NCBI GenBank assembly: GCA_030141605.1
Contig: JAQGDQ010000070.1
Location: 1 to 64,000 of the forward strand
DNA from: Tubiluchus corallicola
Lineage: Eukaryota; Animalia; Priapulida
DNA length: 64,000 nt
Direction: 5' to 3'
Below, in pieces: positions 49,901 through 62,008 of the stretch. The notes beneath the pieces were generated by a model that saw only the letters and a program-made list of their open reading frames with translations, made no database searches and was not told the DNA's origin. Both the position numbers and the translations under genes were made by a program. Each line of letters opens with the position of its first letter. Position 1 is the stretch's first letter.

Positions 49901-52839
49901 CCACTAATTTTGTGAATTAAACTGACGTAACTTATTATGTTTCTAATTAAATTACGACGTTAAATTTATAATTTAGTGGTCAACACGCTAAAAGAACTTT
50001 CGTTTTCTTAGTTCCTGGAAATGTTAATTTATATTATAGAGCATAAACGCTGTTAAGCAGAAAAAACTAACTGCAAAGAGCTTTAGTCCGGACCTTTCAG
50101 CAGTATTGTAACTGAATGAGTCAGCAGTAAGTTAGTTAGTCAGTCAGTAGTTAGTCAGTGAGTGAGCACAAACTGTAAGAAGTTCTCAACAGCACTAAAA
50201 CAGCTCACAGCAATTCTAAGACATTCATTACTGGACGTGCGTATTGCGCCAAACCGCCAGTAAGTTGAAGTTGCAGTAAGTTGCAAATGCAACTTTGACT
50301 AGTACAAATTTGACTAGAAATTATTTCAAACAAAGCGGATACTACAGATGGCACTGTGTAACGGTAACGCGCGTGCGTCTGGGATATGGCGCGGGTCATA
50401 GCGATGATTTTAAAAATGTCACCTACTGGCTGTTGCCCTGCCTGGCGCGTGGTATTTAGGGTAAAAGTGGGGCAATAATAATCTCCCGTTTTGTAGACCT
50501 AGAATTGTTATTTACAGTTGTCAAAGAATCTTGAGCTTATGTTAATTGTTAATTCATGAGCCGACTTTGAATAAAGATTATTATTATTACTATTATTGTT
50601 GTTGTTGTTGTTATTAGTCTTATTACTATAGTAAATGTGAATATCTTTTGCTTGAAAGATGAAATTATTTTTTGTATAGTTCGTTTTCTCTTAGTAAAAG
50701 TGTGTGCCGTGGGGGAGGGGGAGTGTAGGGGAGCAGGGTGTTTATAATATGTAGTTTGGAGATTCAGTTTCCTAATCAATAAAAATATGAGCAAATATGG
50801 CATTCAACTAGCTACGCACAGTGGGCGGTTGAAACTCGCAGATGCTAAATTTGGCAGCTGGCCTGGCGTATGTTGACCAATTGACCATTTTGTCCAAATC
50901 CGACCATTACTGAAAAGTAGTAATTTTCACACGTCCTTGTGTGCATTATGTGAAAACTACTGGGTTGGTTATTGAAATTCAGACGAGTGGTAGCCGTTGC
51001 CTCAGGACAGGTGTATCGCTCGTTGCCTTGGCAATAAGCATCCGGTCAAGTGTAATGACTAATTAATGACACTGGATCTGGAAATGTTTCCAGAACTTAG
51101 TTCTAGTTCCAAATGCGGTCACTAGGCGGCACACTGAACGCCTGCCTTTAAATTTAGAGTTTAAAAGCTTGTGAAAAAGTTCTTCTTTATGAACATGCAA
51201 CATGAGAGTTTGAAATTATATCAGAAACTGTGGTCTCTTTATACCCTTCGCTTTTTCAAAGCATTTGCTACATTTGCAAAAAAACAAACATACATACAAT
51301 ACACATAAACATGAAGCAAACAAACAAACAAGCAGACAAATAAATAAACACTATATGCACCCAATACAATGTTTACATGGAAACACTATAACTGCATAGC
51401 TATTTAAGCAATAACTTTCGAATTTACAACACTATTATACATCGCTTAACAGGCAATAAGGTGTAACTTGCCAAGGTTGACAGTAGTGTTTATGATAGGT
51501 ATAATTAGCTCAGGTAAGTGCCCATCAGTGAAACATAGTGATTAACAGGACGCGAAACATGCGGTCAAAAACCTCTCGAAAATTCATTGATCCAGGCAAC
51601 CTGTTCTTTATCTTCTAGCTGAATTTTAAAATCTTCAGAAAAATAGGCTAATAAGACCTATATGAGCCATCACTTAAAATGGTGGCCTCAGTGATTGCAT
51701 GTTCCAGAAGAAAACAACACAGCTGACTGATTAACGGGAACCGAAAGGACTTATTCAAGGAAAATGGAAGACAGTGGGAATAACACAAAAGTCTTTAAGG
51801 CTCGAGAACGGATCAAGAACTTCAAAGACAGTATATACTAAACACCACAGATGTTTCTTAACAGAGAACGTGTCATACAGGAGATGTGTTTTTTATTCAT
51901 GGCCTAAATTTAGCTTGCCAAAACAATGTTTTCTCCGTATCCATTTAAAGCTGAAACAAAAAACATGAATTGCCTACACGCTTGTTCTCAGTTAATTACA
52001 GAGTCTGTCTGGCTGTCCCCCTTTTGTTTTGTGAGGAGTGAGAACTAGGACAAACGCAATCGACATTTCTTTTACTCTCTAAGATTACTTTCTAGTTTCA
52101 ATTTTTGCCCATTTACCCGAATTTAGTTTCATTGTTCACATGTTTACAACGGAAATAAATGAAAGTTGAACGTAACGTACTTTGTGGATTACCAGCCAAA
52201 GCACACACTGAGCAATGAACTTGAAGAAAGTGAACTCGGCTGATGTAACTTTATGAAATTAAAACAACATGGAAAACAGCTAATCAATTACATAACTGCT
52301 TGACAACAGTATCATTAGCTAGTCGAAATAAATGTACTCGGTGAATACATAATATGTTATTTTGGACAAACTGACACTTTTTCTCTCACATTCCTGACTG
52401 TCGGCACGGGTTTACAAACGTCGTTTAATTGAAATATACGATGGAAAACGTAGCAGATAGCAACTATATCATCAACAATTTATTTTCACATAGTGGCACT
52501 AAGCATGGACACACAGTTGTGACACGTGAACCAAATTAAATTTGAAACCAAGTTTTACACTCGCAAAACCGCCATGTTGGAACAAGTGAAGTTCCTAGGC
52601 ATATTAGAATATCCTTTTTGATGCGCCTTCCCAACAAAAGTAGAAAGCAGACTGCAAAGGAAGCGGAAAGTAACAGCTTAAAAAATGTAATATTTAGTTT
52701 TTTTTAAATTCCACAAGCGAAAATTAGTTTTTTTGCGAAATCTTTTCCGATTAGTACTCATTTGCATAGATTTAGATAGTAGGGGAATGGGTCTCAGTGA
52801 AGGATATGAAATGGCATTCAGAGGGTGCGACAAATTTTA

Positions 52840-53071
52840 CGCATGCTCTGATTATATTTTCAAGTTTACACAATGTTATTTAAGCTTGTTTCAAACAACC
52901 TACCATTAAAATGGCTGCGTCTAACGGTCATCGCGGGAGTTTAAATTTACATGTTTTATATAGCGTGACTGCCGATTGAAGTCCTTGTATGTAAAAAGGC
53001 AGCATGTAAGTGATATAAAATTTCAAGACGAATTTCTTAAGCTTCATATTGTTGGAGGGTTTTCTTGTGCT
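52840..53071 (+). mobile_element. Family 2 element, partial copy B (right end)
   Basis: Aligns by eye to ~26530-26758 and ends TTTTCTTGTGCT|ttaa. Confidence 0.65.
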
Positions 53072-54565
53072 TTAACTCACTGCTTACTACTGCTTCCAAC
53101 TTTCCCAACAACTCAAGTCCTTTTACCTCATGCATGCCGTTTTTTTCAGTAGAAAAAGCTATAATAACAACGTGTCAGAGACAGATACCCGTCTGTCACA
53201 TGAAAACGAAAAAATGTAACAAGTGGGTAATAAATCGGCCAGGAGGAAACAAGGTTTTATCTGTACCATAGTTGGATCATAAAAGCTAGGTGTCACCAAA
53301 GAGAGCCTAAAGGCATGTAACAATGTACAAACTTTAAGAAAACTAGGCTCGGTGATATAGACTATAAGAGTACAAACCAGTAACTAAAAAGCTTAGCACA
53401 TATCCCACATAGTTGTTGGCATTTTGTACTACTATTACAACGCTTACAGATACAGAGATATCGAATAATACCGCATATACCATAATGAAAAAGTATCACA
53501 TTTTTTCAAAAGGTTATGTTGTTTTCAATTCAATTCAATTTTATTTGCTCAAATATACAATAATGTACATTAGTACATTGGCGAAACACTTGGTACAATC
53601 CACACATGTGAAATAATACATACATATAAAATTAATTCACATAAGTTTTGTGCGAAAAGTTGTTTTTATAGACAGTGATTGTAATAATTACAGTATTAAC
53701 ATTTTTTTGGTATATTGTATATTGAAAATGGTTAAGTTAGCTACCTCATAAAAAAGTTAACTACCTTATTTATAAAAGCAGTATGATCTGGCACATATCA
53801 ATATGTGGTTCATCTCTTTGAGGGTTACTGTATACATCAAAATGTGTTTGAATTTGTGAAGAGAAAAAGAAATATGCGGTAACTCACTTTCACCTTTTCA
53901 AAACATCGCTTACTTGTGAAAATAAGTCTTACATAAAATAGAATTTTTCACGGTTCATGTCTTTTTAATCGAATGTCAAAGTGAAGTAAAGGGTTACGAA
54001 GGAAAGTCAAATGAACCGAGATAATCTAAAAACATTCCTCCCTGGAGGGCGGAAACTTGACAATATTTTTCCAAGCGCAGACAAAAGGGGACAGCTTGAC
54101 TCACTCGGCAAACAGCACGCACAAGCGCACGCAGTGTGTGATTTACCAAGACCTTGATTCGAAGGAATGCTGTCCTGGCTTAAAATTGAAATGCAGAGGA
54201 AGAGTAAGTGTTGAAAATGAAATTTACCCACTCAAGGCGTGACCACACACATTTTGATAATCTTGTACAATGCATAGTTCTTTCGTCATGGGATACCATA
54301 CTTGTTTTGAAATTTCAAATCTAATTATGATTTGTCTGATGAGTTTATACAATGTAAAACAGATTATATGATTACAGACTAGTTATTACAGCACAACTGA
54401 TACAGTTCAACACTCACTGACAGAGTTTCCGTAATGTAGCTGGTTGTGGCAAGACTGGAATCTAACTATTTATTAAGGATAATCTGCTAAGATGAGCAAC
54501 TGAACACGTAGAGGTGTCTTTGCATGATGGGATTTGGATTCATCCTCCTTCAATCAGACGAGTAA

Positions 54566-54645
54566 CTAGCAGATGGTTTTCTCGGTGGTCATCCAACTAC
54601 ATACTGACCTGGCTCATTGCTGCTTAACTTCTGTTATTCTGGCGC
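54566..54645 (-). pseudogene. Degenerate 5S rRNA-derived sequence (pseudogene or SINE3 head)
   Basis: Reverse complement ...ataacagaagttaagcagcaatgagccaggtcagtatgtagttggatgaccaccgagaaaaccatctgctag follows the 3' two-thirds of metazoan 5S rRNA (box A GAAGTTAAGC, box C-like GGATGACC). Confidence 0.7.
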
Positions 54646-57072
54646 TTGAAGATTTTTATTTAAGAAACTAATAGTACAGATACAGCAATATCTTATTCAA
54701 AGATACACAATGTACAAATAACTCAGATAACAGCAGTTATAACCTTAAAAAAGATATAGCCTAATAATAAATTATAATGAGTAGCATAAATGATTATAAA
54801 CCACTAAACTATGTAACACTGAACACTGATTATACGCACAAATTGCACAACATACATGCATAATATCAAGTTTCATGTATAGGCACTATTGTAACTGTTA
54901 TGGACTACTATAACTGTTATGTGACATTCGCAGTGCCATAAATAAGTAAATCAAGAAGACATTAGTTACAGGCCACTAAAACATTCAAGTCATGCTTATT
55001 AATCGCACTGCGGTCGCTATTATTCGTCTTTCATACATTTACTTCTGCAGTCTACAGACACTTATAAATGAACATGATTACAATATTTCATTATTGTCCA
55101 TGCAGTTATTTGAGGGTACATGTGCATGTATAAGCACCAATAAGTTTTCCCATTCATCAAAGAACAGGTTTTCCGGACCAACGACACCCACAGAGAAAGA
55201 GAGAGAAGCAGGGACCAAAGCAATAAAAATTCCTCCCAGAAAGTGAAATTACCTGACCAGAAAAGAAAAGATCTATTCACTCTGGTTGGCCTAAAAACCC
55301 GAAATGCTGGGAGCAATCAAATTATTATCATGCGCGCGAAATTATGCGTGCGTAACACGAGCATGGTCCGCAGATTATAAAAAAAACTGAATTCATACCT
55401 CGAGCAACAATCAGTCTTGGAAATATCATTTATTCTGGAGACAAATTACAGGTTACCGGCACCGACGGAATGTTGTCTGAGGTCCTTATGTAGGAAAATT
55501 TGAAATGAAAATTTATGAGGGGGCAGTAAATTGCTTGCTGATTCGCCTGGGCCATTATGCAACGCGTGACCGTGAATAAACTGACAAATTTACATGGAAC
55601 CAGACATTTGGGCGGAGGACGCCGAAGACGTCTTAGAACAGACACATCGAAAGGCTAACAATTGCCACAATTTAATTCCGCCGAGTATTCGATCACGCTA
55701 ATTAAATTAAGTGATTAAAGAGCACATCAAATGTCAATAACACGTTTAGGCACTGTGATGTCTAACGTCATGGCTGATGGCTCCTCATCTAGTACACTCA
55801 TAAATATTACTATCAAAGGCATTTATAATGCTGTAATAACAGTAATAATGTTGAACATGCCATTGATGCCCTTAATAGATATTTTATCAGTGTTATATTG
55901 CGCCAGCCAAGGTTTTCTTAACAAAATCCATTTTAACAATGGCCATCAAAGAAAGGTGAGATGTACCTTTTCAGCCAACGCGCTAACAGCAACACGAACA
56001 TCGTATTGAAAACAAATCTGTTAGCTAGAGGTCCGAAAAAACTAACATCTTCGTCAGCATAATGTTGATTCGGGGCCAGCAGAAAGGTCACTTAATCAGC
56101 CAATCAGACAAGGGCATGGTGAAAAGGCAAACATCACTGATGATAATGCCATCATGAAGTGTAAAGTGAATTTTGTCTTTAAACAGAACAATGATCTGTG
56201 AAGGTCTTCATCATTTGGAAACTTGCAGCACTCTAAGGCCTTCTCAAACACTCTACAAACTCATTTGCAGGAGCAGGTTTTGCCTTTAGACATTGGTCAT
56301 TAATTAACCCGGGTCATTCTCCCATTAATGGCTTCTCTCAAAATGTGAGAGATGTGTATTAAGTATGTGAAACACAATTCCAAATGATCTTTACGCATCA
56401 TGAAAATCAAAAATGTTAACTCCAAAGGAGCTAATAATGGAAGTCATAAATTATGTTTTTGTTATTAATATGATATAGGCTAAGTTGTTGTTGGCTGAGA
56501 TTATACAGAGGAACTTAACTGATGTAACCACATGAGATGTTGTAGTTAGTAGAACTTATCGTTATTTTTGTATTATAGTATGAGGATAGCAGAAGTTAAT
56601 CTAAATAAGCTAAAGCTTCTACAAGTACAAAAATGACTAATTGTGCTGATATATTCTCTCAAATGTGTACCTTCCCTTTAAATAAGTGTTCTACACAGTA
56701 TTTTTCCAACAGGAATAAAAAGGGCTTCGAATAATTTCATACTGTTTAATGATTTGCGAATATTTGACCCGCTGGTTTTAATTATGCAGGTGTTCTCTAT
56801 AGTTCTCTATAAATCCTTCACATTCTTGAGTGAAAGCTGTCTGCTGCCTAATTTTGTAAAACAATTCGAAGCAAATCAATTCAACAAATTAACAGAAAAT
56901 AGTGTTGCTGGCAAAATCCATTTATTGCATCTAAAATGAGAAAACATCCCGGCAATGTTTGTTTGTTTTTGCAACAGTGCATTTACATTAAATTTATATT
57001 TCAAATTATGGAGTGTTATGTCACTTTATATAACAATTAATAATGCACACAATCATAACTTTTTCTATCTTC

Positions 57073-58086
57073 CTAATGTCCCAACTTTAGACTTCCAAAC
57101 ACTCTTTTGAGCACTTTCCACATCATGCTCTCTTTGTAATGGAAGCATATGCCATTTGTCATGTCCAATGCAAAATTCTTACTGTTACACGTCTCTTGGC
57201 AAAAGTGGTTAAATTTTACTGTCCACTCAGATGTAAAGGCCTTGCATCCACATGTATGTTTTCCACCTTTGCAGGGACAAGCATAAAAACAACTGATGTT
57301 TTTTGATTCTTGAGTCATTTCACCATCTCCGCAGACAGAGCCATTTGGCTCACAGTGTCTTGTTTTTTTGCATTGGCCAAAATTTGTATCACAATTTCTT
57401 TTTACAAACGCAGCCATGTTCGATTTAGACTCTTGAGTAGAAAGCTTATAGGCATCCTGGAATTTCCATTTGCTCCATAAACCAAAGCTTTGTGCAGACA
57501 TTTCCTCTAATTTAGGTGACACAGCAGGATTTGCTACTGTTGTTAAAGACTGGGATGGTGTAGTTCCTGATAGTGTTGCTGACTGAGGTAATATAGTAGA
57601 TACTGTTGATGAGGTTACCGGCTGAAGCGTTGTAGTAGTTGAACTTGTTGATGCCTGAGTTGATGTAGTAGAGCTTGCTGACTTTGATGAAGTCTGAATT
57701 ATTGTAGTGTGGATTCTTGGCGTTGCTACTGACAAAGACGACATTGTAGGACTTGTTGATGTTACTGTTGTGGTCTTAGACTTTAACTTATCATACTGAG
57801 ATATTGTTGACATTGTTGTTGACTGAGATGAAGTAGTAGGACAATCTTTCTCGTCAGAACCATCCGGACAATCTGTGATACCATCACATCTAAACCTTCC
57901 AGGAACACAAGTAACTGCTACACGTTTATTGATACAAGTAAATTCATTTAGGCCACAAGTCATCAGTCCATACGAGTCTTTTACAGTAAGCCCAATAACG
58001 ATAATAAAAATCACAGTTTTCTTTAAAAAATGCATAAAACAAGACAACATGCACACGTAATCAGCATTTTGATGAAGAAAAAGCAT
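57073..58086 (-). CDS. Single-exon secreted protein: signal peptide, LDL-receptor class A repeat, Ser/Thr mucin-like stalk, Cys-rich (TSP1-like) C-terminal domain
   Basis: 337-codon ORF. CGLNEFTC...CVPGRFRCDGITDCPDGSDEKDC is a canonical six-Cys LDLa repeat with DCxDGSDE. About 110 aa are S/T/P-rich, followed by WSKW...KTRHC...CGDG. The likely start is the Met at 58035, ahead of the hydrophobic VIFIIVIGL. Confidence 0.88.
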   Translation of the reverse strand: MLFLHQNADYVCMLSCFMHFLKKTVIFIIVIGLTVKDSYGLMTCGLNEFTCINKRVAVTCVPGRFRCDGITDCPDGSDEKDCPTTSSQSTTMSTISQYDKLKSKTTTVTSTSPTMSSLSVATPRIHTTIIQTSSKSASSTTSTQASTSSTTTTLQPVTSSTVSTILPQSATLSGTTPSQSLTTVANPAVSPKLEEMSAQSFGLWSKWKFQDAYKLSTQESKSNMAAFVKRNCDTNFGQCKKTRHCEPNGSVCGDGEMTQESKNISCFYACPCKGGKHTCGCKAFTSEWTVKFNHFCQETCNSKNFALDMTNGICFHYKESMMWKVLKRVFGSLKLGH

Positions 58087-58159
58087 GTTAACGTCTCTCT
58101 GTCGCGTAAGTTGTGTAGTTATTTCAGGAACAGTATTTTGGGGATATAGTTTTTTTGCA

Positions 58160-58290
58160 ATACGTCATGTCGTGTGACGTCACATACCTTTATGACGTTG
58201 CGGCAAAAGGCACAACACAGTAATAGTGAAAATCTTATGTAGAATGCGGCTCAACCATTCGCTATAGTCAGATGATAATGGATGACGTCA
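58160..58290 (-). promoter_or_regulatory. Cluster of CRE/ATF motifs upstream of the LDLa gene
   Basis: Perfect TGACGTCA at 58175-58182 and 58283-58290; half sites CGTCA at ~58163 and TGACG at ~58193. Confidence 0.5.
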
Positions 58291-59334
58291 CTGTGGTATC
58301 TAGATAATTAGTTGTTTATATTTTTCCATCAAACGAGTCAGGCGGACCTGTTCAGGACTGTTGGCCTCGGCCTTCGTTCACTATTTATCACATTTCTGTC
58401 ACACAATGAGTACAGCTACGTATATTATATTAAAATGAGCAGCATACACGAAAACTAAGACGTAATAAAGCCATAATTACTAGAAAAAGAAACATTTTAT
58501 GGCAAATAATTTAAAACACATAAATTTAAATGAACATTTTTCGATATAAAATTAGCGGTTTTGCTATAAGCTTTGTGTGCAATGAATTGGATACTCGTTT
58601 TTTTATCACAGCAATCGTTAATTAGACAACTCAAAAAATTATTGTTTGTATAAGTCTACAATACAGATTTTCAATCAGTTTAAATTGCTCAAGTTTTTTA
58701 AAACAATTATTGCATAAATGAGTGTTAAGTGGTAATGCAGTATTGACAATTGATTTGTATCATAAAACATCTGTGCGCTTTGCTGATGTCACTGTTTTTT
58801 ACGATGATGAAAATGAATGTTACTGATAACAATGAAGATGATACAAAGACTGGGTAAGGCTCTCAGGAAAATGTGTTTTAATATTGCTACACATAAGACT
58901 GTGTGTAGCAATACTGCAATATTAAGTGTATTTATACACCTTATCTGTACATATTTTATCAGTTCTCTGCGAACCGACAAAGCTCTAGTGCAAGATCACC
59001 TTCTTTGTAAAACAATTGCAGATTTTCAATCAGTTCAACTCCGAAGTTTAAATTGACCCTTATCGCCACCAAGAAATGGGACAAGGCGCCAGCACAACAC
59101 GCAAAGCAAGCAAGTCTAAGAGCTGATTTCAGGTTGGCATTGTCACTTTTTGAATAGTTTTTAGCCTTCCTGGTGATAAAGATGTTTACTCACAACAAAA
59201 ATCTCTTGCGGTGGTTCAGCAGCGGCTGACACACAAAGAAATCATACGCATGAGGAAGGCGAGTTATTCATTTTGATTTCTAACGTCAAATGTGCAGCAG
59301 AAACAGCGAAATCTGGCTTAGTGTTGAGAACGCA

Positions 59335-59379
59335 GGGGGTGGGAGAGAGAGAGAGACATGGGTGGTAGAGAGGGGGTGG

Positions 59380-59407
<28 letters not shown>
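59335..59407. repeat. (GA)n microsatellite with duplicated gggggtgggaga motif
   Basis: Seen directly. Confidence 0.9.
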
Positions 59408-59412
<5 letters not shown>

Positions 59413-59746
59413 TTTGATTAGATTTGTCGTTTACTCCAAACATATTAACAAAATAGTAATGTAACACAACTACACAATATTTACACATAAAAGCCACGTG
59501 GCTCTGCCTGACAGTGAAGTGAGTGAGTTATAAATTCTTATACAGCCATGTACGCCAATACTTTTCTGTAGTAACAGACGCATGCATAGTAGCATTTTGT
59601 CTTACTTATTACTACTATACAAATTACATTTGTGATATTTGGCATTCTGTTTAGAAGACTGTATGCGCTTCTATGCATTACATCAAAGAACAACACGTTT
59701 AGTACAGCGGGCATCTATATAGCACTGTAATCGTAAGGATAATTAA

Positions 59747-60343
59747 AGGAAGACAGGATGATTTTTCATATACTACTCAATTTTCAAGTTCGACAAAAAG
59801 TATACATTTTAACACGATTAATACTGCAAAAGCGTTTCTGATAATTAAATAATAGATTAAAATCTTAATTAACGCCGGGCAAGCCCAACTATTGATGACA
59901 TCACAAACTAACAATTTTCAACAGCAAAAATGTTCCACGAGCATGTTGCGCGTAATTGCGAAAACGAAAATTGAAGTGCAGTGCTACTGTAAGATATTCA
60001 GTGTGCTGTACTAAAACTATGCAAGTTTTAAGATAAAATTTCAAATTTCAAATTTACAGCTATGCTTACGCAACGTGTGTAGTTCGCCAGAAACTAAATT
60101 GAGAAGTACAGCACCTGTTTTTGGTGCAATGCGTTTCGGAAATGCAGGCGCTAGTGCCCGTCTAGTTAGCGAATGGCGAAATGCATGTAACAGCGAAGAA
60201 CTAGCGACGCGAACGTGAAATTGCTTTTTGTGGTATTGATTCTTTCACGTAAGTCATTTTTGAAAAAAAATAGTATGTTACCTTCCAATATTTTAAGGAG
60301 TTGATTGTTTTGACCTACAGGTTAAGATCGGGTCCGGTTTTGC
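59747..60343 (+). mobile_element. Non-autonomous DNA transposon, TTAA-flanked (Kolobok-like), family 1 copy B
   Basis: ttaa|AGGAAGACAGG...CCGGTTTTGC|ttaa; reverse-complement homolog of 21388-21967. Confidence 0.8.
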
Positions 60344-60649
60344 TTAAACAGTTTTCTCATACTTTTACTGTAATGATGAAAAGTTACGACAAAAAGAGAT
60401 AAATAACCGTTTTTTAACGACTGCAGGACAATATTTAAATTTCCTTATGTTTGCACGGCAACAAAAAAAGAGACCTTTGTCGGTTTATGTCCTTATCATC
60501 CCTATTATCCCAGGTAATTATATGTCCGAAATATTTTCCCTGTTCACACGGTAACACAAGTTCTATATGTATAACAAGAGAACCAAACTAGAAACGAGAC
60601 ATTAACAGTGACTAGTTTAGTTTGGCTTAGTTTTAGATAGATATATAGA

Positions 60650-60666
60650 CAGAGAGAGAGGTAGAG

Positions 60667-60724
<58 letters not shown>

Positions 60725-60778
60725 GGGAGGGAGGGAGAGAGAGGGAAGGAGGGAGAGGGGGGGGGGCGGCGGAGAGAA
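60650..60778. repeat. (GA)n microsatellite and polypurine/G-rich tract
   Basis: Long GA dinucleotide run followed by G-runs. Confidence 0.95.
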
Positions 60779-61894
60779 GCTTGTAAAAAATAATAATTTA
60801 TCACTGTTTACAGAGAATCGGTAGCCAACTGGAGCACTATTGTTATGCACGACCTTGACTACAAAGCCGGAAACACAGAGAATATAGGAAATTGGCAGTA
60901 ACAGGACATCACCATAGACTGATCTTGCTACAAATGCACCTGATCATATTTGCACAATACTCAATCGAGTACATACAGTTGTAATTCGCTAAATATGCAC
61001 GGTTAAATAAATTAAGAACACTACAAGAGCTCTGCGCCACAAGTCCTTCGACAAGATGCTAGAATTTAAGTGTTAATGAGAAAAAACGGCCCTAACATAG
61101 TGCATAGCCTATTCAGCTATCTTGACATTGCATACGCATTTCTGTTTTCTACTTCTTTAAAGCTGCTTACGTTTATTTCGTTTTGCATAAAAACTGAAAG
61201 CCATTTAATGCTTTTTTACCACATACATAGGAAATGCAGAACGTTCATGTGTGCCTATTACATCCACGTACTCAATACCCATAGACCAGTTTTACTTGTT
61301 GCACAAAAGGCAGCTCAGAAAAAAGTCCAGCAACTAGACACGCCAGATAGTCTAGATGAGTCATCGCGAGTAAACCTGCTCAGAGATTAAATTAGCGCGC
61401 ATGCTGATCTGACGAAAACTCAATCTGAACTATCTGACATTTATACAGGAAATACTTATAAAATACTTGCGTGGGTACAGCCATTCAATGTTTCTATTAC
61501 TTTGTGCACCTGTCCCGTCTTGTTGTGCAATTTAAAAATGCTCAACAGGTTCGCTTTGTTGGAGGTTTCGTACACTTTCCACGCTCAAAACGTTTCCAGA
61601 ATGATAATGAGACTCTGCCAACGATGCAAGGATGTGATGTACATATGCAAGCCTAATTTTGATCCATCTTAAGTCAATAGCATACATTTTTACTTTATTT
61701 AACGGAGTTATAAGCAGCAACACATGTATAGCAACTTTGGATTTTGATTTTTTTGACAGGAATGGGTTGTATGCCATACTAACACATCTTACTCTCACTT
61801 AATTGTATATATTCACATTTCTTACTAATCTTGTTAATTAATGTGATTTTGCTTGATGATCTGTTTGTTTATTTGACGTGATTGTACCAAAAGT

Positions 61895-61897
<3 letters not shown>

Positions 61898-61930
<33 letters not shown>

Positions 61931-62008
61931 AGATATAAATTATATCTCACAGTGTACACATTATATATATATAATACAATGTATATATATACCAATATAT
62001 ATATATAT
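61898..62008. repeat. (TA)n microsatellite cluster
   Basis: Seen directly. Confidence 0.9.

Noticed and set aside
54205-54242. ENEIYPL resembles the human Girdin N-terminus MENEIFTPL
   Set aside because: Wrong strand, no ATG and an immediate stop; coincidence.
55253-55290. Possible 38-nt minus-strand exon (tttttag|GCCAACC...GTCAG|gtaatt)
   Set aside because: No Hook-domain similarity and not frame-preserving. It could be a non-coding exon but is unsupported.
61505-61798. Minus-strand ORF as a candidate upstream CCDC88 exon
   Set aside because: The translation does not resemble the Hook N-terminus and the splice sites are weak.
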